Positions 13,301 through 22,542 of a stretch of 64,000 nucleotides of DNA are shown one piece after another. The stretch's first letter is position 1. The number at the start of each line of letters is the position of its first letter. The translations under genes were made by a program, and so were the position numbers. A model generated the notes under the pieces. That model made no database searches. It saw only the letters and a list, made by a program, of their open reading frames with translations, and was not told the DNA's origin. Source of the stretch: Octopus sinensis (Eukaryota); the NCBI RefSeq assembly GCF_006345805.1, contig NW_021833635.1, positions 1 to 64,000 on the forward strand. Direction: 5' to 3'.

Positions 13301-13815
13301 TTGAGAACGTTGGACAACTTCCAAAAGTCCTTAACCTGGCAATGCTACAGAGGTGCCTTGCCCGTTTGGGATAAGCTCGCAAGACATGGTAAACGTCAGT
13401 CGCCGACCTGTCCAAGATGCGGGGGGACAGGGAAACCGTCCCTCACGCTATTGTTCAGTGTCGGAGATAACTGAAATGTGGGCTTATGCTGAACATCTGT
13501 TGTCCGGCGAAGGAAGAGTACGGCTGTCGACTGAGTCAATTATAAAAATTGACCCACCGGGAGTTCTAACGAACGAAGGTAAGAATTGTTTTCTCACGGT
13601 TGTAGCAATAGCAAAAGAGGCTGTATGGAATACTAGGATAAAAGGAATTAAGACAGGCACTTTATCTCTGGTGACAATTTACGATCCTGTTTTCTTTTCA
13701 TTTGAAAAGGAAACTGTGGCTGGAGAAGAGGTGTCTGTCAGAGTGTACGTTCCAAAAGAGATGGAAGTATGTTGCACGAGTGTTGTGCGTGCAAGGAACC
13801 GTGTGAATAGACGAG
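10391..13815 (+). pseudogene. Tx1 ORF2 (APE endonuclease, RT, C-terminal zinc finger), multiple frameshifts and stops
   Basis: APE: LNV.G, VIVATETR, LVAIYAPN, VVLGDSN, YLDRILI, SDHKMV. RT: NFRPITLLN, DQSKAFDRVDH, VRQGCPLSP, AFADDI. CPRCG near 13410. Small duplications at about 12622 and 13290 break the frame. Confidence 0.92.
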
Positions 13816-14051
13816 GAAAAAAAAAAAAGGAAAAATAAAAAGGTATCAGCGGTAGATCGGGGCTTGTGGGATCGGAGCGTAACTTGATCATCGCTTCATT
13901 TGTATTGTTTTGTACTGTGTATTCCATTCGATTTTTTATTATTGTATTTTATTTTTGATGTCACATTTATGTAAAATCATATCGATTCACTGATCCCATC
14001 AGTTGTACTGTCCATATCTATGTTTGGCCCCCGGTGGGCAATAAAGAAATT

Positions 14052-14803
14052 GGTATTTCGTCTGCCGTTTACGTTCTGAGTTCAAATTCCGCCGAGGTCA
14101 ACTTTGCCTTTCATCCTTTCGAGGTCGATAAATTGAGTACCAGTTGCGTACTGGGGTCGATCTAATCGACTTATTCCCTTTGTCTGTTCTTGTTTGTCCT
14201 CTCTATGTTTAACCCCTTGCGGGCAATAAAGAAATAAGAAACGTTAGCACGCCGGGCGAAATGCTTAGCGGTATCTCGTCTGTCTTTCCGTTCTGAGGTC
14301 GACTTTGCCTTCCATCCTTTTGAGATCGATGAATTAAGTACCAGTTATGCACTGGGGTCGCTGTAATCGACTTAATCCCTTTGTTTGTCCTTGTTTGTCC
14401 CCTCTGTGTTTAGCCCCTTGTGGGCAATAAAGAAATAAGAAACGTTAGCATGCCGGGCGAAATGCTTAGTGGTATTTCGTCTGTCTTTTCGTTCTGAGTT
14501 CAAATTCCACCGCGGTCAACTTTGCCTTTCATCCTTTCGGGGTCGATTAAATAAGTACCAGTTACGCACTGGGGTCGATATAATCGACTTAATCCGTTTG
14601 TCTGTCCTTGTTTCTTCCCTCTGTGTTTAGCCTCTTGTGAGTAGTAAAGAAATAGGTATTTCGTCTGTCTTTTCCGTCTGAGTTCGACTTTGCTTTCATC
14701 ATTTCAAGGTCGATAAATTAAGTACCAGTTACGTACAGGGGTCGATCTAATCGACTGACCGCCTCCCCCAAAATTTCTGGGCCTTGTGCTTAGAGTAGAA
14801 AAG
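14052..14803 (+). mobile_element. Tandem array of four SINE A bodies (three A1 tails, last unit A2 tail)
   Basis: Units restart at GGTATTTCGTC or AGAAACGTTAGC directly after TAAAGAAATA; diverged outer TSD AATGCATTAAAGTCAG (8613-8628) / AATGCCTTGAAGCCAG (14804-14819). Confidence 0.88.
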
Positions 14804-14988
14804 AATGCCTTGAAGCCAGTTTTGGAGTCGCTTAATTTGACATTCCTAAACGTAATATTTATGTCCAGCTTAACATGGATGTCTTGTTAGAACACCGAAT
14901 TCTGCGTTATTAGCCTCCAGAGATCCTCTCAGTTAGGCGCTTGGTGCATGATCTATATTGGACGTGATATTATTAAAGTTTGAAAAGA

Positions 14989-15445
14989 AGCGGTGAGCTG
15001 GCAGAATTGTTAGCACGCCGGGCGAAATGTTTATCGGTATCTCAACTGTTGCTAAGTTTTGAGTTCAAATTCTGCCAAGGTCGACTTTGCTTTTCATCCT
15101 TGATAAAATAAGTACCAGTTGAAAATTAGGGTCGATGTAATAGATTAATCCCCATCTACCCCAAGCTGCCCTTGTGGAAAAAATTTGAAATAATTATTAA
15201 AGTTTGAAATGAAAGGAATAGCTGGCAGAAACGTTAGCATGCTGGGCGAAATGCTTAGCAGTATTTCGTCTGCCGTTATGTTCTGAGTTCAAATTCCGCC
15301 GAGGTCGACTTTACCTTTCATCCTTTCGGGGTCAATTAAATAAGTACCAGTTACGCACTGGGGTCGATATAGTCGAATTAATCCGTCTGTCTGTCCTTGT
15401 TTGTCCTCTCTGTGTTTGGCCCCTTGTGGGTAGTAAAGAAATAGG
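14989..15445 (+). mobile_element. Two adjacent SINEs (A2, then A1)
   Basis: A2 copy bounded by the repeat ATTATTAAAGTTTGAAA; the A1 copy ends TAAAGAAATA followed by GGTATT. Confidence 0.8.
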
Positions 15446-15667
15446 TATTAGCCTGTTGGCGGTTAGTTGACCTGCTACAAATAACAACCAACTATCCTCA
15501 AATCATAGGGGTGACTGTGTGGTAAGAAGCGTGCTTCCCAACTACATGGTTCGGGGTTCAGTCCCACTTCGTGGCACTTTGGGTAAATGTCTTCTATATT
15601 CTTAAGCCGACCAAAGGCTTGTAAGTGGATTTGGTAGACGGAAAGTAAAAGACGCCCATCATATACA

Positions 15668-15736
<69 letters not shown>

Positions 15737-16156
15737 GTGTGTGTGTGTGTCTTTGTGTCTGTGTTTGTCCCCCTACACCACTACCATCACCACCACCACC
15801 ACCAACAACAACAACACTTGACAACCGGTACTGGAGTGTATAAGTCCCTGTGACTTAACGGTTTGACAAAAGAGACCGACAGAATAAGTATCAAGCTTTA
15901 TAAAAAAAAAGTAATTGGACCCACACAATCGACTAAAAAAAATCTTCAAGGCGGTGCCCCAGTATGGCCGCAGTGTAATAAGTGAAACAAAAGAAAAATA
16001 AGAAATAAAAGATGCCATCTTACAAACGGCGAGATCTACTGGACGCCATATTATTCGATATAAAAAAAAAAGACGAGATGACCATGGATCGAACGTCTTT
16101 AATAATGCCTGCTTGTTCGGAATGGACTTCAGGGTAATAAAAAAACACAATAGTAT

Positions 16157-16582
16157 AGGCGCACGAGTGGCTGTGTGGTAAGTAGCTTGCCTACCAACCA
16201 CATGGTTCTGGGTTCAGTCCCACTGGCATCTTGGGCAAGTGTCTTCTGCTATAGCCTCGGGCCGACCAATGCCTTGTGAGTGGATTTGGTAGACGGAAAC
16301 TGAAAGAAGCCTGTCGTATATGTGTGTAAATATATATATGTATGTATGTGTATGTATATGTTTGCGTGTCTGTATTTGTCCCTCTAGCATTGCTTGACAA
16401 CCGATGCTGGTGTGTTTACGTCCCCGTCACTTAGCGGTTCGGCAAAAGAGACCGATAGAATAAGTACTGGGCTTACAAAGAATAAGTCCCGGGGTCGATT
16501 CGCTCGACTAAAGGCGGTGCTCCAGCATAGCCGCACTCAAAAGACTGAAACAAGTAAAAGAGTAAAGAGTAAAGAGTAAGAG
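16157..16582 (+). mobile_element. SINE family B
   Basis: Full-length match. Confidence 0.9.
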
Positions 16583-16593
16583 TATCTTTACAT

Positions 16594-16700
16594 CAGGCAT
16601 GGGCAACCTTTTCCGAGGAGAGGGCCACATGAGGCATAATTCATCAATAGGTGGGCCGCACAACTAAAAATATTCAAGGTAAATTTTTTTGTTAGGTGTG
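16594..16700 (+). mobile_element. Possible hAT-type MITE 5' end
   Basis: Begins CAGGCATGGGCAACCTTTT..GGGCCACA, typical of hAT termini; no partner TIR located. Confidence 0.35.
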
Positions 16701-16843
16701 CATTTCAGATAGTCTCGTGTGCTGCAAGTTGCTCATAACTGCGCCATATGATCGCTCGCTCTGATGGAAATAATATCCAAATACTTCTCAAACAGGATTT
16801 AATTGTTATTTGTAGCAGGTCAAGGACTACGTACAGGCAACAC

Positions 16844-17228
16844 GGATGCGCAATGGCCCAGTGGTTAGGGCAGCGGACTCGCGGTCATAGGATCGCGGTT
16901 TCGATTCCCAGACCGGGCGTTGTGAGTGTTTATTGAGCGAAAACACCTAAAGCTCCACGAGGCTCCGGCAGGGTATGGTGGTGATCCCTGCTGTACTCTT
17001 TCACCACAACTTTCTCTCACTCTTACTTCCTGTTTCTGTTGTACCTGTATTTCAAAGGGCCGGCCTTGTCACTCTCTGTGTCACGCTGAATATCCCCGAG
17101 AACTACGTTAAGTGTACACGTGTCTATGGAGTGCTCAGCCACTTACACGTTAATTTCACGAGCAGGCTGTTCCGTTGATTCGGATCAACCGGAACCCTCG
17201 TCGTCGTAACCGACGGAGTGCTTCCATC
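16844..17228 (+). mobile_element. SINE family C (tRNA-Arg-like head, OR-type octopus SINE)
   Basis: Head GCGCAATGGCCCAGTGGTTAGGGCAGCGGACTCGCGG (TCG in loop) with B box GGTTTCGATTCC; 11-bp TSD ACAGGCAACAC at 16833-16843 and 17229-17239. Confidence 0.88.
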
Positions 17229-17449
17229 ACAGGCAACACATGGTTTCTTTTTTATTTGAGTAGCTAGCGAAATCAAGTTATGTCATGCGTTATGTATGCA
17301 TATAAAATTGAATGTCCCTAAGACCTTGACTTTATGCACTGTCTGGTCTATCTAGCAAACAAACCGGCAGTTTGTATCAACTGGGCTCAGAGGACAATGA
17401 CAAGAATACGTACGTATGTGTGTGTATTTACATATGAATTATCTGTCTG

Positions 17450-17523
<74 letters not shown>

Positions 17524-18830
17524 CCGTTAACACCCGTTAAAAGGAGGGCTGGGCATGCCGTGGTTGATGATGCGCAGACACGCGCTGAGACTGCGACATC
17601 TCTGGCTCTATGTAGACGACGGTGAACAGGTGGTCGCCGTTTGTGAGGCACGCTTTCCGCAGCTCGTCTCCATGACCGAACTGCAGTCGTGGATCAAAAA
17701 GAGGCCGAGGAAGGGCGAATGGCACCGCGAGTGTCGCGTTGCTCTCAAGCAACTCTGCCGTCCTGGGTCGACCTTAAGTGACTTCAACACAACCAAAGCA
17801 TTCTATAGGGGTTTAGTGGAGGGGAGGTACGACGACGAGCTCGGGGCGAACCTGGACGTCGACGAGGAGTACCTGACCCGCCTGTTCGGGACGACTTTCG
17901 GGCCAGGGCCCATGGACAACTTCCAGAGATCCCTGGCCTGGCAGTGCTACCGAGAAGCGCTACCCGTTCGGATAAGCTCTACAGACACGGCTCGAGAAAC
18001 ACGGGGCCGACCTGCCCGAGATGCGGTCAGAGCGACGAAACCGTTCTGCACGCACTCGTTCAGTGTCCAACAATTTCCGACCTGTGGGCTTATGTCGAAC
18101 AACTGCTGTCACGTGTGGGACGAGTCGGTTTATCAGCTGAGTCTATCGTCAATATTGTCACGCCTCCTTCCTTCAAACGGGAAGGAAGAGCTATTTTCAT
18201 CATCCTTGTGGCTATGGCGAAAGAATGTATCTGGTGGACGCGTCTGAAAGGATTGGAGACAAACACTTTCCTCTCTGGTCAATCTCTCATCAACTTCTTC
18301 AAGTACCACTTGAAAAGGAAAGTGAGAGTAGAGAGGCAAGTTTTGTCTAGCGAATGTTTTAAAAAAAGATGGGTGAATGTAGCAAGAATGGCACGTATGA
18401 ATGACGAAGCCACCTTGAGCATAGTCCTATGAACCCAGAAATCGAAAACAGAGAGTTGCTTATTTGCAAAAAAAAAAAAAAAAAAAGAAATATAAAATGT
18501 GACTTCATTGACCGAGGTTACCGTGGTCTTTTCCGCAGGCTTTTCTTTCCACGGGTAAACCTCACCTGTCCTCCCCTTTACACTTCATATTGACATTTCT
18601 GTGATAACGATCCCTATTGATCATTTTTTTTTCCTCTCCCCCCTTTTTTTTTTTTTTTTTTTTTAACCCCCCTTATTTTTGTCCTCTTTCTCTCCTTTTA
18701 CGATCCCTTTTGATCGAACCTCCCCCTTCCTTTTTTTTTTTTTTTTTTTTTTTTTAATACCTTCAAAAGAAAAGCTCTACCTTGTAATTTGTTCTATCTG
18801 TGTGCAGCCCTGTGTGGCTAATAAAGAAAC
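17524..18830 (+). mobile_element. Second Tx1 family, 5'-truncated, inserted in (TATC)n
   Basis: MPWLMMRRHALRLRHLW and GPTCPRCGQSDETVLHALVQC, homologous to 12940-13800; 3' UTR ends AGCCCTGTGTGGCT-AATAAAGAAAC; (TATC)n on both sides. Confidence 0.9.
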
Positions 18831-18831
18831 A

Positions 18832-18862
<31 letters not shown>

Positions 18863-18907
18863 ATCTGTCTGTCTGTCTGTCTATCTTTCTGTCTATTTAT
18901 CTATCTA

Positions 18908-18978
<71 letters not shown>

Positions 18979-19025
18979 ATCTGTCTGTCTGTCTGTCTAT
19001 CTTTCTGTCTATTTTTCTATCTATA

Positions 19026-19078
<53 letters not shown>

Positions 19079-19126
19079 TATATCTGTCTGTCTGTCTGTC
19101 TATCTTTCTGTCTATTTATCTATCTA

Positions 19127-19191
<65 letters not shown>

Positions 19192-19414
19192 GTATGAATA
19201 TATATATCTTTAGCTATAATATATGTCAATAAAAAAATGTCATTCAAATGACAAATTGCTATAAAAGACCAACAGTAAATTTAGTCAGGCGTACAAACAT
19301 AAAAATTACAAATACACACGTGAATAACGAAAACTCGATATATCAGTTCAAAAAATTTTCATATGCATACTTAGCTCATTGCACATATAATTAAAGATAT
19401 GTATACATACATAT

Positions 19415-19990
19415 AGGCACAGGAGTGGCTGTGTGGTAAGTAGCTTGCTAACCAACCACATGGTTCTGGGTTCAGTCCCACTGCGTGGCATCTTGGGCAA
19501 GTGTCTTCTGCTATAGCCTCGGGCCGACCAAAGCCTTGTGAGTGGATTTGGTAGACGGAAACTGAAAGAAGCCTGTCGTATATATGTATATATATATATG
19601 TGTGTATGTGTGTGTTTGTGTGTCTGTGTTTGTCCCCCTAGCAGGTCAAGGACTACGTACAGGCAACACGGAGGCGCAATGGCCCAGTGGTTAGGGCAGC
19701 GGACTCGCGGTCATAGGATCGCGGTTTCGATTCCCAGACCGGGCGTTGTGAGTGTTTATTGAGCGAAAAACACCTAAAGCTTCACGAGGCTCCGGCAGGT
19801 ACAACGTAGTCCTTGACCTGCTTGACAACCGTTGCTGGTGTGTTTACGTCCCTGTCACCTAGCAGTTCGGCAAAAGACACCGATAGAATAAGTACTGGGC
19901 TTACAAAGAATAAGTCCCGGGGTCGATTTGCTCTACTAAAGGCGGTGCTCCAGCATGGCCGCAGTCAAATGACTGAAACAAGTAAAAAAA
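19415..19990 (+). mobile_element. SINE family B with a templated internal insertion
   Basis: Consensus B sequence interrupted at about 19644-19819. Confidence 0.88.
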
Positions 19991-19995
19991 AAAAA

Positions 19996-20060
<65 letters not shown>

Positions 20061-20138
20061 ATATATATGTATGTATATATATATTGTTGTATTTGGGAAT
20101 GTCATGTTGCCAGTTTAACCACACACACACACACACAA

Positions 20139-20290
20139 CAGGCTTCTTTCAGTTTCCGTCCACCAAATCCACTCACAAAGCTTTGGTCGACCTGGGGCTA
20201 TAACAGTAGACACTTGCCGAAAGTTCCACGCAGTGAGATTGAACCTGGAACCATGTGGTTGGGAAACAAGCTCCTTACCACACAACCACA
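20139..20290 (-). mobile_element. SINE family B, 5' half
   Basis: Head + GGAAACTGAAAGAAGCC domain ending at a microsatellite. Confidence 0.8.
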
Positions 20291-20319
20291 TATATATTAA
20301 TTTATATCAATAAAAATAT

Positions 20320-20472
20320 GACATTATTTACATTATTTACATTTGACGGATATTTGTCCTCATCTTGTTTGTTGTTAACACAACGTTTCGGCTGATATGC
20401 CCCTCAGCCTTCATCAGATGTTTTGGGGGAAATTTCGAACCTGGGTTCTCATTCCTAAGGTATTTTTCGATG

Positions 20473-20518
<46 letters not shown>

Positions 20519-20547
20519 CATTATCATCATCATCATCATCATCATCA

Positions 20548-20596
<49 letters not shown>

Positions 20597-20625
20597 CATT
20601 ATCATCATCATCATCATCATCATCA

Positions 20626-20674
<49 letters not shown>

Positions 20675-20748
20675 AATCACTGCCTGGAATCGAACTCGGA
20701 ATCTTGGGGTTAGTAGCCCGCGCTATTAACCACTATGCCATATACCCG
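20320..20748 (-). mobile_element. Hammerhead-tailed tRNA SINE (family H), copy 1
   Basis: Minus strand: tRNA-like head (A box TGGCATAGTGG, B box GAGTTCGATTCC), (AAT/GAT)n body, conserved tail with hammerhead. Confidence 0.85.
20377..20422 (-). ncRNA. Minimal type I hammerhead ribozyme (Penelope type)
   Basis: AACAT-CTGATGA-A-GGCTG(loop)CAGCC-GAA-ACGT-T-GTGTT: stem I, core, stem II, palindromic stem III. Confidence 0.8.
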
Positions 20749-20770
20749 TGGCGTTGTGGTTAAGAGCGCG

Positions 20771-21232
20771 CACAATTCAAACTGACAGAAAGATAGATGC
20801 AAATAGGCCACACAACATATTGAAAGACTTCAGACAAAGAACATGCCTCCTCATTGATATGACTGTCCCAACCGTTTAAACGTATCTGTCAAGACTTACC
20901 AAACACTGAGCAAGTATAAAGATCTTGAAATATAAATATCGTGAAATTGCAAAACGTGGAACCTGAAAACTAAAACAATACCTGTTGTCATAGGTGCCCT
21001 AGGAATGATAGCAAAAGGGGATGATTGCTACATAGCTCTGATACTAGGAAACCCCAAAATGGCAGAAATTCAAAAGATAGTGTTCATGGGAACTGCCCTT
21101 ACCCTACGTAAAATACTGTCTATGTAATCTCAAATTTTAAAACAAACACGAACTTCCAATCTGTTGTCTCTTGAGGTCTCTGGGCGAGACTTGGAGTCAA
21201 CTTGTATAAATACAAAGCAAAAGTCAAACATA
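20771..21232 (+). mobile_element. R4/Dong-clade RLE LINE 3' end
   Basis: TIQTDRKIDANRPHNILKD...CLLIDMTVP...SKYKDLEI...IPVVIGALGMI...EIQKIVFMGT (broken frames); 3' UTR runs into (TAA)n. Confidence 0.85.
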
Positions 21233-21296
21233 AAATAATAATGATAATAATAATAATGATAATAATGATAATAACAATAATAATAATATAATAATG

Positions 21297-21328
<32 letters not shown>

Positions 21329-21648
21329 AATGATAATAATGATAATAACAATAATAATAATATAATAATGATAATAATGATAATAATGATAATAATAATA
21401 TAATAATGATAATAATAATAATAACAATAATAATAATATAATAATGATAATAATGATAATAATGATAATAATAATATAATAATGATAATAATAATAATAA
21501 CAATAATAATAATATAATAATGATAATAATAATAATAATAATAATAATGATAATAATGATATATGAGATATAATAATAATAATAACAATAATAATAATAT
21601 AATAATGATAATAATAATAATAACAATAATAATAATATAATAATGATA

Positions 21649-21683
<35 letters not shown>

Positions 21684-21701
21684 AATATAATAATGATAAT
21701 A

Positions 21702-21740
<39 letters not shown>

Positions 21741-21768
21741 GAAGAAGAAGAACAACAACAACAACAAT
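21232..21768. repeat. Compound (AAT/GAT/AAC/AAG)n microsatellite
   Basis: Directly visible. Confidence 0.97.
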
Positions 21769-21950
21769 CGAAAAAATATCTTAGGTATGAGAACTCAGGT
21801 TCGAAATTTCCTCAAGACACCTGATGAAGGCTGGAGGGTATATCAGCCGAAATATTGTGTTAACAACAAACAAGATGAGGACAAATGCCCGTCAAATGTA
21901 AATAATGTAAATAATGTAGATGATGTACAGAATTCCTCATCTCTTAAACA
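21768..21950 (+). mobile_element. Family H tail, copy 2 (residual head at 20750-20770)
   Basis: ATCGAAAAATATCTTAGG...CTGATGAAGGCTG...GTCAAATGTAAATAATG matches copies 1 and 3. Confidence 0.85.
21816..21861 (+). ncRNA. Minimal type I hammerhead ribozyme
   Basis: GACAC-CTGATGA-A-GGCTG(GAGGGTATAT)CAGCC-GAA-ATAT-T-GTGTT. Confidence 0.75.
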
Positions 21951-21964
21951 TAGAATTGAATAAA

Positions 21965-22500
21965 AAGATGAGTCTCGCTGTGAATATACGCCGAGATATG
22001 AATTCTGAAATCTCAAAGAAAATAAGGGCAGGATGGAAGGCATTTAACTCAATAAAGGATGTGCTTAGTACAAAGCTAGACAATGTCGTATGTGTCAGAC
22101 TCTTCAATAGCACTGTCCTACCTGCGCTCTAATACGCAATTGAGAGGTAGGGTATTACGAAGACGATAGATCGTCAATTGGCTACGACGTAAGGGGTCAT
22201 GGAAAGATCAATGCTAGGAATGTCGTTAAGAGATTACATTCAAAATGAGATAATTCAAGAACGGAGCGGATTGGACGATGTGATTGCAGAGTACATAAAG
22301 TCCAAGTTCCACTAGGCTGGGCAGGTCACAAGGTTCACAAACAACAGGTGGACCCGTGAAAATCCCGAGTTGTATCCAAGCGATCGGTAAAGGACTCTAC
22401 GACTATGGAAAGACGATTTAGTTTAAGCAAATTTGGTCAAGATGAAAAAGAATGGCGCAATCAAGACAGAATTGGAAGCGCATTGTGACTAGCGGTGGAT
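21965..22500 (+). pseudogene. RTE-clade LINE RT C-terminal fragment
   Basis: EISKKIRAGWKAFNSIKDVL...LFNSTVLPAL*YA...MERSMLG...RSGLDDVI...AGQVTRFTNNRWT, with stops. Confidence 0.85.
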
Positions 22501-22542
22501 AAGATCATCTGATGGTATGGTCGATACTGTGATGTAGTGATA

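Larger units (their letters stand above)
8695..14051 (+). mobile_element. Tx1-clade non-LTR retrotransposon, near full length, disabled
   Basis: ORF1 with CCHC knuckle, ORF2 APE-RT-zinc finger, 3' stem-loop + AATAAAGAAAT; perfect 16-bp TSD GGTATTTCGTCTGCCG (8679-8694, 14052-14067). Confidence 0.92.

Noticed and set aside
14052-14803. CRISPR-like or satellite array
   Set aside because: Units are about 190-210 bp SINE bodies without unique spacers; eukaryotic context.
16844-16915. tRNA-Arg gene (and other tRNA-like heads)
   Set aside because: The acceptor stem is not closed and the sequence continues into a SINE body with a TSD; these are SINE heads.
20337-21767. Poly-Asn/Ile/Leu ORFs
   Set aside because: Trinucleotide microsatellite translations.
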